From: Balanoglossus misakiensis
Taxonomy: Eukaryota > Animalia > Hemichordata
NCBI GenBank assembly: GCA_040954595.2
Contig: CM082595.2
Location: forward strand, 4,240,037 to 4,304,036
DNA: 64,000 nucleotides
Direction of reading: 5' to 3'
In this document: in pieces, positions 1-13,700 of the stretch
Layout: every line of letters starts with the position of its first letter
How positions within the stretch are numbered: position 1 is the first letter of the stretch
Position numbers and translations under genes: made by a program
Notes under the pieces: generated by a model
Told to the model about the DNA's origin: nothing
Database searches by the model: none
What the model saw: the letters and a program-made list of their open reading frames with translations, nothing else

Positions 1-129
1 AGCCCATAAATAATCCAATGATTTTATTGTCCACACATGGGTTTTATTTGCTCGTTTATTTATTTTAGTTCACAATTTGCCTCCACTGGGGCTTGCAATA
101 GACTCGTGTCCTGTGTGTAGGCGATGTAC

Positions 130-250
130 CTCAAATTTTGTATTCCCAGGCTTCTGTGACTTTAATATCAGATAGTCGTTAAACTTTCCATCGGCTGTGT
201 TGAAATTGTCAGGGCTACTCATTGTAAGATGAAAGGAATATTGAACATCT
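130..250 (-). CDS. Candidate internal coding exon, unknown protein (DVQYSFHLTMSSPDNFNTADGKFNDYLILKSQKPGNTKFE)
   Basis: Minus strand reads ...tttaccttcag|A GAT GTT...TTT GAG|gtacat. 121 nt, one open frame, phase 2 to phase 0. Joins in frame with 318-559 across a 67-nt GT-AG intron (251-317). No family recognised. Confidence 0.3.
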
Positions 251-317
251 CTGAAGGTAAATCTATACGCTCAGGGAACAATGCAGGGGCAAATATTTCG
301 AATTTTTCGCATGTTAC

Positions 318-559
318 TTTGCAGTATTCCCAGTGTTATCTGTACCAAATCGAAAATCCATCATTTGTGACAGCTTGCCGTCGGTAAAAAGAGCATCTCG
401 CACATTCGTTTCCAAAGATCGCACAGCCAACATCCCGATTATAGTTTCACGAGACAATCGGCTGTAACATCTCCAGGCGGTCGCGACCTCCAATAATAGG
501 CAGAAAGTAAACCCACAAAATGCTACTGACAAAGTATTTATTTTGACAGCTGTTGTTAT
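318..559 (-). CDS. Candidate coding exon with a hydrophobic, signal-peptide-like segment (LSVAFCGFTFCLLLEVATA-WRC...GNTAK)
   Basis: Open frame from just after an in-frame TAG (a possible but weak acceptor) to the donor AA|GTAACA at 317. Phase matches the 130-250 exon. No in-frame ATG precedes the hydrophobic stretch. Confidence 0.25.
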
Positions 560-3500
560 CTATCTGTTTGTGTGTGTGCGCATGTCAACTGTAGACATCA
601 CCAATCGATAAGTGCACAAAGGCGGTGTCAATATCCCGGGTGCGTAAGATTTACGTCAAAACTCACTGATACTAGGAAACAAATGCTTGTATTTTTCATG
701 CCACTTGTATAGCTATGTAAAGAAAGGTTATGATATCCCTTTCGATGAATTAACAACTGGAAAGACCTTATCATAACAGAGCTAAGGCTTGGACAGAGAG
801 AGTTTCCTCTCAATTCCAATGGTTGATATGGCATATTGTCTGGTCTTTTCTAATTTTCACGTTCGGTGTGATAAGGTATCATAAAAAACTTCACAAGCTG
901 CAACATTGGGGGAAAGTTCATTGTTCTTAACATAAAATGAATGTATAGTATAGTTCAACACATTCTTGATAAAAGCAAGAGTATGTTTGCCATAGGTTAA
1001 GGTATTAAACCTGCAAAGTTATCATGAATCATACTTGCAGGCATGTGGCGGAAATCAGGGATTTAGAATCATGTGACGCACCAAGTTTCGGCATATTGTG
1101 TTAAACTCAAAGAAATGATGCTTCAGGTCTAGGTCTGGCAGTATTTCTGGTCTTGCTTGCAGCCAGTCTGAGCAGTAACATAATGCCCACACTGTCCAGT
1201 ACATATTTGACCTGAATTTTTCAAGAATTTGAAACCAAAACTATCACACTTAGGGTGAAAAAAAACGCACATGAAACCATTCGGTCAAATCCAAATCCCC
1301 TCAAAATGGTGTTTTCATAACAGAGTTAAGCCTTGAGCACACCATACAAAACGTGGCGCACCAACTGTGTCAATCGTACAATACAATTAATCCGTCAATT
1401 CGATTTATTCTCACATTCTGTCAGGACCAGTGTTGCTCTCTCAAACAGCTTCCCAGTCTACACCAAAATATCACAGATCTTTGACAGAATGAACGACATA
1501 CATCCAAAATAAGGCAAACGACAGTGACGTCAACATTGTCTTTCAAGAATAAACGAACCCGCTCTTGCCATATACTGGTAGGATCAGGCATGGCAATTCA
1601 ATCCACCACAGGTTGCTGCACTAAACAGCGCATGATCCTAGAGATAGCCAGACCGTCCTTATCTGAGTAATAGCATGCAAGATAAGTTTGACAAATGGCC
1701 TTCAAATCAAAGTAATTTCCATTATTTGCTAGGAAAATATTCTCAATCCCAAAACCAGAATTTCGACATGTATTATGATACAAATATTACTACTAGAACA
1801 AGCAAATGTTATTATAAACAGAGTTTGTAATTAAATACTGAGACAACATCATGTCCAAGCATGACATATGACAGATTGATAGGTTTTGTAACTGACGCAG
1901 AAAGACTTCATCTGGAAAAATTCAGATGTATTCTTTTCTACACAGATTCAATACACTTCATATAGAAACCCGAGCTTAAGCTCTATTGGAAAAGCCATTT
2001 CCAATAAAAATAATCTTTGCTTAAGCACAGTTTGTAATACCAGTAATGCCTCTGTACCCCCATATGCCAGCATTCCCTTGGTATATGTCCCCCAGTGTCA
2101 CATCAAGCTCAACCAGCTATGTGAACGTATATTTGACTGGACTTGCATATCGTTTTCTTACTCCAACCAACCTAAACACTAACATTTTTCCTGGCTTACA
2201 AAGCAAGAACAATCGAATAGTGAGAAACCCGCACACCGGATTAAGGTCGAACAGCCATCATGAAAGTGACTAGCTGATTTAATCTTTAAATTTTTATGGA
2301 ATTCAAAATCGGATTACACCATTTGTCGACCGGATAAATCTAATAGAACTGGGGTTAAAAGTGGCACTGAACAGAACCTCAGAGCATATGGTAAATATAT
2401 CAACGCTCGTAGTTTCATTGTAGTCGACACAACCAGCGTACATTTTTATCTCTCACTGTTCAACTATCTAATGATAAAGATGACGACACAGGGACCCTTA
2501 TATACACATTTTACAACTGGTATATTGGGGCATTTATGTATTTATGTGGATAAACATGTCGAGTTAGTCGATGACTTGTACTATGCACAGAGATGAAAAA
2601 TGCAATTTTAAACACTAAAATGATACTGAGTCTTGGAATTTTAGATGGATGGTAATAGAGGAGTACCTAAGTCTTCGCTGTGGAGCAGGTATTTATCCAC
2701 ACTACCAAAATGAAAATCTATGATTGGCTAAATCCCTTCTTTCTTGTTATCTGTAGCTAAATTTAATCCCTGAAAAATACTTGTATGAGCTACGGTGTCA
2801 CAAAGTTGTCCGTTTGTCCTCCTGTTGTGCTAATCTCACAAGTGTTCAGTCCCATACGCCCAGATGAGCAAAGAAAAAAAAATACTGTCTGAACATACGT
2901 GACTAAGCGTGCTTTGAGGAGTAGCTAGGTGCCGAGATGGGGTTGTCAAATTTACAGCTGTTAAAGGAAAGAAGTCTCTTTATTCAGAATATTTTCATTG
3001 CCTCCCTCTGTTCGCAGCTGCTGATGTGATGCGTGGGTTGTGCTTTATGAAGTAGTCAATTCTTGGAGGAATAGTGACTGTCAGGGAAGACCAATAAATT
3101 CTTCAAAATTGTGTTGATGATCAACCGCAGTAATTAAGTGCAGCCGGATGGAGCAGTATTATTTTTTTTGATGAATCAAACATACTGACGTGAGGGCAAA
3201 AAAAGTACTCCAGGGAAAATGACATCCTGAGATTAGATTTGCAGTTACATCTACATAAGAAAAGATGTTTTTCAAATCATCCCTTGAGTTTGCTTAAATT
3301 AAGAGAACCAACAAGTCTTCTGAGTTGCTATATAATTTTTGAATAATTATGAATTCAGATAATGGCAGGTGGTGTAAAGTGATAGTGATTCTGAATTTGT
3401 CGTTTATGGTACGAAATTTAATCCTTAACGTTGGTTGTCTTCGTTAGGTTCAATGCCCATTTTGCCTAGCCCTGAAATGACTATGATTTCGAAATTCTCC

Positions 3501-4017
3501 CGAGTCGCAGAAATGGCGGATGTAGAATTTAACGATCGCACCAATGGGACTAATGGGCAAATAAACTAAGTCGACAGCCTTCATCGTTATAATGTCGGGA
3601 ATAGTAAAACCTTCCTAACTTTAAAATGGCCAAGTGTAGTGGAAAGAGAAGTCAAATTGGCTTTTTTTCTTCAAAAATCATGTTTATTCCGATGATGCTG
3701 AGCTGGAGATTTCATTAGATTGCACTGTATTTCATCACACAGTTCTGCGAGTAGTTGTTAAAAATCGTGTTCAGGAAACAACTTCACGGCACATATGGAT
3801 GAATGTTGTTCGAAATGCTATCCTGCTTGCTCGCCACTTAGGCGACTTCATCAGACCCATCTACATTCTATGAAATGAATAAATTATTAAACATGATGTC
3901 TTGGGTGCTTGACTTCTTCTTCTTGATTGTATAATTGTGAATTTACCTTATATCGCAACTCTGGCAACGGAATTGTCTGTGCTGAAAATGTCAGCCCACT
4001 CAGTCAATACACCTTAC

Positions 4018-4164
4018 TTTCAGTAATTGATTCCGATATTAGCTGTCGGTTGTTAGCAAAGGACAAGCTGGAGTTTGCAAGCTGTCTTTTAGGAAAGTAG
4101 TTTGCAATGAGTGCATTTACTTCAAAGTCCTTAATACGATGTGAAATCGACATATGGCATATGC
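4018..4164 (-). CDS. Weak candidate for exon 2 of the minus-strand receptor gene
   Basis: NAGNAG acceptor (ttttacCAGTAG) and donor A|GTAAGG. 147 nt, phase 1-1, so frame-compatible with the 9,990-10,080 exon. The peptide GICHMSISHRIKDFEVNALIANYFPKRQLANSSLSF... lacks the expected G-[GA]-[IL]-F start. Confidence 0.15.
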
Positions 4165-5642
4165 CTACTGGTAAAAGATCATGTTTCACTTTACGATATT
4201 TTTTTACCGTTTACTGTTTTCGTAATGACTCAGTTGTAAGATAATCTCTATTTGGTCAAGCTGTACGTTATGAAGATGGTGGTATATGATATACTATGAT
4301 CAGCTCGAGTGAATGATTATGATTTAATTTATGAGATATAAATTCTTAATTTGTTTGTCTAGGTACCCTTATATCTTTATTGCGTAGATTTGATTCGTGA
4401 CGTATCGAATGACCAGTTATTAAACACACGCGATACGTTTCTTGGGTACTCGAGTTTCTCTATCTCGAAATGTTGAAACCAACTGCAGATTTTTTTCCAC
4501 TTTGAGTAATTCAATCTATAGAAGCTTGTACCTCAAATCGATATAGCTTAAAAATTTTTGGAGTAGTCAATCTTGAAAAAGAATCGGAAGCTGTATCTGA
4601 TTTCGAGCACTTAAATCAAAAGTTTTATCTAGCTACAGTAATCTGAATTGATGTATGCGTAAATTTCATTTTCTCTCTCCCGTTAATAAGTTTGAAAATT
4701 ACTTTTTTTCCATAGTGTGATTAATGGCTTTAAATTAATGAGTATCTCTTTGGGGAATGCATATGCAATGTAGGATCCGTTACCCAACATACATTAATTA
4801 GTACTACTGTGTGTGTAGGCTCCTGTCCTAGAACCACTGTCGCAGTCATTAAGGTGTCATAGAAAATTTTTTTTCCTTCTCATTCCGATTTTGTCTTTGT
4901 TGCCATGGCTGATGTCATCGTCGAAGTTCTGTTGTTGTTTCTGATGGTGCTACCGTTGTGGTTGTTTTTGTGCGTCTTATTTTCGCACTTGTGATTGCCA
5001 AGTGTCCCTGGTTGATGACAAATTTCCAATCCATAGATTGGCACATCCTGATTGAACAGCCACCAGCTGAACATTGACATTTGACGACAATAAGTCTGCC
5101 GATCAATCATGTCCCGTGACCAATTAAGTTAATTAAAATCTTGCCAACACTCCCAAGTCGTATTAATGCAATCGATGTGATCAGCTTTGATAACACAAGA
5201 TGGCATATCTCATAGGCACCACTTCATAATGTATTGAAGTCCTATGGGCGTTTTTAAAAGTTTAATTCGTAGTGGGAAGATATGATACACTGCGACTGTA
5301 CACTTTGTCTATCAGAGTCTTCAGTCACGTAATTTCTTGCGTGCAGCATAAATCATATTATTGTAGTATATTTTAGGCACCAGCTGGGGTGCTGTACATA
5401 TGGCTCTAACAACCTGCAATTCTCAATGCCGGAAGTTAGTTTTTACTTCATGATAATGGTCAAATCAAAGGATAATCAATTGCATTGTATGGTATGAATC
5501 AAAGAGAAAAAGTTTTGACGAAGATGTACCACCTGAATTTGTGTAATATTTATAGATAAAACATTCTGTTATTATAGTTGATATACATTACCCATCTAAT
5601 CTTTCCTCTTTTTCTTCATTTTCGGCGCAAATATTAAAACAG

Positions 5643-5801
5643 AAAATACATGAAGATGCTGATGAGGATGACTGGTTACTCCAGGATTTTAGAAAACACA
5701 TGCCAGGATTTTGGAGAGAACTTCTAGAGAACAATTTGCAGGACTCTATGTCGAAAGAAACTCTCATTCCTTCATGTTTGCCAAGCCATATCAAGCATCA
5801 G
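5643..5801 (+). CDS. Candidate exon of an unknown plus-strand transcript (KIHEDADEDDWLLQDFRKHMPGFWRELLENNLQDSMSKETLIPSCLPSHIKHQ)
   Basis: Pyrimidine tract at 5,597-5,622, AG at 5,641-5,642, 159 nt open in phase 0-0, strong donor CAG|GTGAGC. A second acceptor (cttcctcag, ending 5,867) continues the frame. Confidence 0.3.
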
Positions 5802-6810
5802 GTGAGCACACAACACCATTTCATCTTATTCATAAAAGTGAGATGATTACAGTTTAATCTTCCTCAGAACAAGATGGCATCCACCATGCATGGACATCCA
5901 TGGCCCATGTGCAGTCCTGTTGAGATCATCATTGGTGACACAATCTTGTTCTCGGGAATTTTAAACAGTAATCGTGCCACAGTTTTTTTTAATCCTGATT
6001 GTTTGTTTGTGTGTCCTGTGTCCAGAATTTGCTTTTGTTCAGCTGCAGGGTAATATCAACACAATGCCCTCATGAGCAGAAAGTTTCTAGATAATACCCT
6101 GTAGGTGGTACAAGTTGCACATAACATCAAACAGGACCACTGTGGCTATTTTAACCAGGCGAAGTTAGAACAGGCCAGTGAACATCCTGAGCATGCACTG
6201 ACAGAAGCGAGCGAAAACGATCCAGGCATAAAGCTTAGCAAGGCAACAGGTTTCACACTGGTAGCTGCACGCTTTTGCAAGCTGTGGTATTATCTCGGAT
6301 TTTGCTACGTATACAGGGTGGGTTTGAAAACTGTCGCTATGATGTATCTAGGAAGCTATCGCCATTGCCAGCCTATATAAGTATTAGAGAAAACATGACT
6401 GTAATTCCCCTTAAGGGCTATTTGCCAGGGAGTAATTCTGGCATGCAAGTTAGTTTATAAATCAAGCAGCGGTGAATCGCTTGACGACGTGAAGCTAAAA
6501 TCCGCCCCTTAAATGTGGACTATGAGCACACATACACGAATAGCTTCACGGATTACCAGGGAGGTCACATGACAAACAGGATTTAGAAGGTACAGATACA
6601 GTTACATGTACCAGTATATTGTCTCATGAATACCATGCATGTCAAGGAAATTGATACTTGATGCCTTAAATGTTTGTTCAAACTGTGGTAAGACTCACAT
6701 ATAAAGTGAACCATTCTCGCTTTAATGCGAAGTAAATGCGTTTGGTGATTTGTGTAGCATTGTGGGGTAGATCACCAAATGATCTCCTATTCGCCAACAT
6801 CTGACATTAA

Positions 6811-6897
6811 CCCTTTCACCCCTGTTCCCTGTTTAGAGCTCCAACATTACTATAGAAAACAATGTGTTTGGACTGAACCATAGTTGTGGTGAAAGGG
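6811..6897 (+). mobile_element. ~87-bp MITE with piggyBac-type ends (copy 1)
   Basis: TTAA|CCCTTTCACC ... GGTGAAAGGG|TAAA: perfect 10-bp terminal inverted repeats, TTAA target site on the left and a degenerate one on the right. A homologous copy lies inverted at 25,167-25,250. Confidence 0.75.
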
Positions 6898-9800
6898 TAA
6901 AACCTGGCCAGTAAAAAAGGTCACATTGAGACCTAACCTGGGAAATATCCCTTTTTACGACTATAAAAGCGAACAATAAAGCAGGTCAGTTGATGTTGTG
7001 GGTACACGATTAATACAGGGTTTTCCCACAAATTTAGGGCAGCGATCGAGGCATAGTGGGACTAGACACTGAGGTGTTGAATTGCCACGGCATTTAAAGC
7101 ACGGCATCACTTTCAAAAACTCGGGCGACCATGTTGCAGACGTGAAAAACACGTATTGGGTACATCAATCATTAGCCTGCCACACACGCCATGTGTTAGT
7201 ACACGTTTTCATATAATTGAAAACTAAAGATAGATTGGTCACAAATTTCGTACACTCAACTGAATGGTAACGTTTTAAGATTTCGTCAACTGAGGAATAT
7301 TGTATTGAGAGTCATAAAAATGAAACACATATCTATCAAAAATACATATGAAAAATGCATGAGGTAAATCTACAAGCTCTGTACGTGAGGCTTAGTAATA
7401 ATATGATTCCTATGACCTTTTTACAATATAGAGTAGGCGAGAAAAAAACAATTCTACCCAATTTGATATTTCATTTCTGAGCACCTCACGTGACCAGTCG
7501 TGACTGTGAGACTTCATTTTGTAGCATCTATTCTTGGTAAATTATCACTCAGGTTATTTTTATTTCCACGTCGATGTGCATGTCCGCAAAATTTAGGCCA
7601 GGTCATAATTAGGTTTTAGGTCGGATTAATGAAAACACGCTGTGGTTTTTTTGGCTTCATCTGACCTCAGTGGAATGCGGTTCGTTTATGCATGATCAGC
7701 ACCACCACAGATTGCCGGCAACTCCCATACACAGCAGAACTGTTACCGAGCGGTATACGTTTAACGTCGGGTTGAACAAACGAGGACATGTTGCACTATT
7801 TATTGAAAACACAAGCAAAAAAAATCCGGCGCTGATGAATTCAACAAAGTGTCTGCAAACTTTCTGTCAGGTATTTACTTAGATGAGTGATGAAGATCCG
7901 AATCTGACAGTGTAATGGCATAGCATGCCCCCTTCGCTATATAATGTGAACGGCAACACATACACTCCCATCTAAGTGATCCAAACCAGAGATATGCAGT
8001 TTGTTATTCCATTATGCCTGTCTATTTCTAGTCTGCCGTATCCGTGGTAACACATGTCCCCAACAAACAGCAATTATGGAACTAGAAACCCGCAACTTTC
8101 AGAGTAGCAAATGCGCAACACAACCAATCGGCTACAAACAGCAGCTTTGTGTTGTAAGTCCTGCTGTATATTACATTCACGTACGCGATTTCTATGATTT
8201 GAATATTGTACCATGCTGCTTGATTTTTAAAAAAATCACTCAGTCTTACAACCAAATCCTGTTAGTGGGCAAAATGGCTTCCTGACAATCATGTTCATGT
8301 AGACGTTGAAAATTCCCCTGCTAGTTTGGTGGACATGTTTCTGGTCCGTGAAAGTTCTGCCCCTGTCTTGCTATTGCACTCAGAAAGCACAGTTCGTGTC
8401 ATCAGAATGTTGAATATGTTCTCCAGGCGGGGGAATTCGTGCCAATTTGCCTAACAAATATTCAGCATGGATCAGGATTGAACCTGCATACTTTGTACAA
8501 GATGCTCATGTCACGTTTTGCATTCACAGTGCGCACTGTATTCACAGATTTGTGTTCATAGATCATAACCCGATCAGTGATATGGGCCTGCCATGTACGC
8601 TTATATACATCCATAAGGGTAACCCATAGCCTGAAGCTACATTATATATTCTGGCAGTGTTTCCTATTTTCACTAATACCATTGGATAAGCGATGAAAGG
8701 CCGGCCTCTAAGGACTATACTAACTTTTTTGTGCAGGTATTTTATACTTCTTTCAAATGACATATCCATATGGTAAAATTTGCATGACAGTTTGAGCTTT
8801 TTTAATCGACTTTAGTGTATAGGTGCTATTGAGATTAATTGTCATTGAAATGTAAAATAAAACTAGCACATCATGTCACTTTTTTATCCGAAATCCAAAT
8901 TAACTCCCAGTGCATTTGCTTAGGTTATGGACGTCAATTTTTGTTTTATGCCTGGTTAATGTTATCACAGTATTGAGTCTCAAATCTGGAATGTTCTTGG
9001 GAAAATTAACTCGTTCACACATAATAATTTATGCCAGTATTTGACTTGATGCATTTCAGAAGCGTTTCAAAGTCATGTGTGTGAACCCAATATATTACAC
9101 ATACAAATGAAATATGAATGCGCTAAAAATAAAAATTATCACATGACATGTCTCCTGTGACAAAATTCTAAATTATGTAATCTGCGTTCTGACATCAAAT
9201 ATTACGTATCCAGTAGCCTGTTCGGAGAATCTTGTGAGGAATACAATATCATTTATTCGATGTAGAATTAATTATTTAAATGTGGAAAAACATAGCAGTG
9301 TAATATTTAATGAGGAAACTTGTCAAACTCAAGCTTCCAGTTGAAGACTGAATATAAAAGTGCAGGCCACAAAAAGTGCAGTTTTTCGAGTAGAGTGTTC
9401 ATGAGTTTTTTCCTTTCGTATAAACATGCAGTTTAGTTATAACAACCCACGTCGTTCAGAGAAGGTTTTTGAAGACTGTTCAACCGTTTGATTGTGAAAG
9501 TGCGGTTGAAACAGTCACTAATAGGACACAACTTTTGACTACACCGCTTGTGATGAAAATGAGCCTCTACTGGACCGTCACTAAGAGCTGATCGTTCGCA
9601 AGTTCACCACTATAAAATTGCGCCCTTTTCATAAAATATTTAAGGATAATGTCCTCGACAGCACTCCAATATAGGTATTCGAAATAAATGAGCCGACATG
9701 CTATATAAGATGCAGCTGCTAGTTGTTGAGCGTTTTTCAAAGTACTAGAAATTGGAGCATGTGAGATATCTTGAAGCCTTGATGCATGGTTGCTGCCAAG

Positions 9801-9989
9801 CAACAGCTTCTGCTTAAGCCGCAGTGAGTATTTTTTGTTCATTTTTGTCACACAAAAAGGATAATCTTACATTAAATATGGCTGGCCGGCGCAAAGTTGG
9901 TAAAAAGCAACACTCGATGTCAATCTATGTGCAGTTTAAATGACGCGAAACGCAAACTATATTTATTTTCCGTTTTAAAAATAACTTAC

Positions 9990-10080
9990 CAATTCTCACT
10001 GTTGAGGGTATGTTGGGCGGCACGTCTGTGGAAAGCACAGCTGTAATGCAGAACAGCGGGATCCAGCTTAGTAGTCTCAT
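9990..10080 (-). CDS. First coding exon of a signal-peptide-bearing receptor with an ANF/LIVBP-type N-terminal domain, most likely an ionotropic glutamate receptor (AMPA/kainate-like)
   Basis: ATG at 10,080, MRLLSWIPLFCITAVLSTDVPPNIPSTVRI plus one G, then a canonical GTAAGT donor at 9,989. A signal peptide followed by P-x-x-[VI]-R-I-G with a phase-1 intron inside the Gly codon is the usual exon-1 layout of GRIA/GRIK-type genes. Only 30 aa are visible, so the family call is provisional. Confidence 0.65.
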
Positions 10081-10700
10081 GACGTCCAATTTATGTTTCA
10101 CGTAGAAGTCATCGGGGTAAAAACACAGCAACACATCAGCAGAGTATTAAATGTGGAATATTCTTCGAAGTTTCCACTCTTCTTGCGAGAGGGGACGGGA
10201 AGTGATGAAACTGCCCTCTTTGGGCAACGCAGGTCCGTCGACGCAAGTTCCAACTCTAGTTCTGGCTGTTCACGCGCTGTTAAGCCATCTGCGGTCAAAT
10301 TCAAAATCCATTTTAAAGTGTTCGACGCGGTATATCCTTATTTGGTCAGGCGAGGGGATTGCCTAATGTTCGCCGCGAACGCCCGACTGGTTTATGATTC
10401 CTCGTTTCTTCAGATCGTCTGGCGAGAGAGGAAAAATGTACCATCTAGAGCGTCCTCAACGCACTTTCATCATTTAATGCGCTGTCGCTAATCTATTCAT
10501 GTGGCGTACATGCAACTCGTATGCAAATGGACAATACTGTTCTAACCAACTGTCACGAGCTGTAATTGCCGACTTTCCTAAAATATACATGTACACACAC
10601 CCCGCACAAGGGCGGTCGATGTTGTGTACACCACACTGAGTATAGCAAGGTTTTGTCTATAAATTTGCATCCTTCACCTCCGATATGAAAATCCTTGAAG
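10081..10700 (-). promoter_or_regulatory. Putative 5' UTR and promoter of the minus-strand receptor gene
   Basis: Locally GC/CpG-rich stretch (~10,185-10,490) directly upstream of the ATG; octamer motifs ATGCAAAT at ~10,521 and ATTTGCAT at ~10,663. Confidence 0.4.
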
Positions 10701-13700
10701 AAATTATGTATACAACAGGAATAGATCACTCAATGCCTCACATTAATCAGCTGCGCAGGGACTGTAGCCAGTGTAAGTATTCCTAGCGTCCCGTTATAGG
10801 TAATATTGGAACGTACTGGCCTTCCCGGTAAAATGACACAGAGGCAACTCCAATGTTACCATTAAAGATGTAAATTATTCGCTGGTCCACTCAAAAGTCT
10901 GTCGCGAAAGTTAATGTTCCTACTCGTCAGATGTCGCCATACACACACATGAATCTGCGAAGTAAGAGAAAAAAATGAACAAAGTTATGTCATCGCGATT
11001 GTAGAAACAGTACACTGAGGTACAAGCTCCCAGATGTCGGCCTGTTAATTTAGAGAGACTCAGTTGTCGAGATCACTCGAGTGTGTTCGCCTTTGGCTAG
11101 CGGCAGCTAAGGAGACTGCACATGCTCACTAGGGACCGCCTAAACTAGCAATGATCTTTCAAGGTTAATAGCCCATACAGTGACGAGTGACTCCCTACGG
11201 GGTCTATAACTCTCCTTTGAAAAAAACAGCGTAAATTGCGCTCAGCTACCAGCACATGCGTGTGATGATAGTGCGTACTCTTTGCTACATCTGAAACTAT
11301 AATAGCCCCTGCGTTTTTTAAAGTTTTAGTTTAATCCACTGTAACACTGTAGCCTTCATGTCATTTTACAGGAATTCCGTTACAGCATAATTTTGGTGTA
11401 ATCACTTATCTAAGACATATTATCCTGAGAACTAGTATGATATAAATAACAATAAACGAAAACAAAAACATTTATCAAACTGACCAAAAACTGACATAGA
11501 CAGAATCCACATGAAAGTGATATTGCGGTCGTTCTCTTCTGTTAAAGAATTATTCGTATCACTGGCGTATCTCTTAATGATTGACAGCAACAGCAATTGA
11601 TTGCCTATAAAAGATATCAATACCACATATGATAATCCCATCTGTTTCCATGGTGATCTATAAAGGGAGTTAAAAAGTACATCTGTCTCGTGGTGCAGAT
11701 AATTTAATAACCGCCCACACTGTTTTGTATTTGACACGGTATGACAAAAAGTGTTAACAATGTGTTTTCAGCGTTACTTTATTGTCTTTGACCTAAAACT
11801 TACAGCAATTATTGGGGACCAATTATTCTGTAATTTCTGCAGGCAACCACTATTTATGGATCCCGTGTGACAGAAGCATGGACGCTGGCCATGCAATGCC
11901 ACGTCCGTCTGGGTGTTCACCCCCACGCTGTGTGGGTGTGGCGTGACTGTTGCCTCCCTAGCAATCTACCAACTCAGGATATGTATACATTTCGCTGAAA
12001 GACAGATTATTTTTGCTCAAAAGAGATAATAAACTTTCTAACAATCACCCCCATCTTCCCCTCGCTGCTCAGATGCCTTAATCCTCTGATATAAACCCAA
12101 TACATATTCAGCTATAGGTGATGTGGCGCCATAGCACTAGATAAGCTGACCCCATGGTCTGTTTGGGATCATCTGAGTACAGTAAAGAATCAAACCAACG
12201 TAACAAACAATTGGCTGTGAGACAGTTTAATGCTCACTTTATTCTGAATTCTGGACAACACACAAAGAAGCCGTATTCCTTGGACGAATACAATACATTT
12301 TAAAACGTTACCATAATATCGACCATCACTTATGTTAAACGTATACGGTACTGCAGACCAAATGTTTGTAAATTAACATTCATTATCCAATTTGCATATT
12401 TACATCCCAATAAATGCCAGCACCTTTTTGCATTTATTTTGTGCCCAAAAAACATACCACTTTAATTCCATTTTATTACGTAATACATGGAATTATATGT
12501 TTACATGTTTTCCATGAGGAAGTGTTAAGAAATTTGACATTTAATAGAAAACAAAATATTGTGCATCACAACACAACTGAAACTGAGTGGAGCAATTAAA
12601 TGTAGCAAAATCATTATGGTCTAATACAAAACCATGCTGTAGAGAGACTTCTTTAATTTGACTATTTGTGAACCTGCTTACGATGAAAGATCTAGTCGTG
12701 GCTTTTGGCTGTTAAACTACATTTATATATTTTCTTTGTATAATCACCAGTAAAAACATGGTGACATGCCCCAGTATTCAGGTTATTAGCACAGCCCGCA
12801 TGTGTTAAGTAAAACAATGGTGCTATCAAAATAGATGCCTGGACCAGCCAAGTGGAGCGAGGGAGGCTAGCCAGCTTATATCAGATTCGCTGTGTCACTG
12901 ACAGCACTGATGTGTGGCCAGGACTACAACTGCTAGTGCGGAGGGAAAGTTTTACTACATCATGATAAAAACAGATAATGGTTTCCTTTGTGGAGAATTA
13001 GTTCACTGGAAATACAGTTATAAAAAGAAGCATATTTCATCTGCCCGTTACCCTGGTATGTTAATCGATCCATGTATTTGGAAATCGCCTATGCACAGCG
13101 CTGTAATGCCATTATATTTCCATCACCAGGAGGGGGCATTGTGTTTATTTGGATCCATCCTATTAGAGGCTGCTGTGTTGATAGACCACCTGCAAAACTC
13201 TGCAGCTTAGCAAAACAAATTCCTGTTGTATGTGCCACTCATTTACCAGGTCCCACAAAAAACATGAACTGTAGATTCTCCAACTCGACGGACAAGCTTC
13301 ATGCATGGTGTTGGCTTTAATCCAACCCTCGCATAATGCTGGGAATTTTTTTGACCCTGCCGCGATTCTCTTCGTCCAATAAATGATATTTCCAAAGATG
13401 GCAACTTCTGCAGCACACAAATTGTAGCTCTTCTGAATGCAATGCAAACAACCAAAGCTGGATATTCCATTTGATTACCTTCTTCATTATGCCATATAAA
13501 TGTAAACACAAATTCAATTGAAAAACCTACGTACATTTTAAGTTTACCAAGGCAAATTCTGTTTCCCTATTAACGACATTTTGTGATAAATCAAGGGATA
13601 CAAAGGCCATGGCTTTGATGAGCATATTAGCATGTCTGTGCCAACACTCTACGATATTTTGATTTGTTTGTGTTTGGAAATTGGCCAAAATAACAAAAGA

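Noticed and set aside
7696-7716. REST/NRSE-like TCAGCACCAC in the receptor intron
   Set aside because: The right half-site (GGACAG) is not matched with correct spacing.
8455-8500. tRNA/SINE B-box-like GGTTCAATCC on the minus strand
   Set aside because: No convincing A-box or cloverleaf could be built; at most a decayed fragment.
8563-8769. LRGRP peptide resembling the EML HELP-region motif
   Set aside because: It is on the opposite strand to the EML exon, and the rest of the motif (L-x-LEWVYGYRG) is absent.
10093-10491. Longest ORF in the track (132 aa, plus strand)
   Set aside because: Antisense to the GC-rich 5' UTR of the receptor gene, with no recognisable domain.
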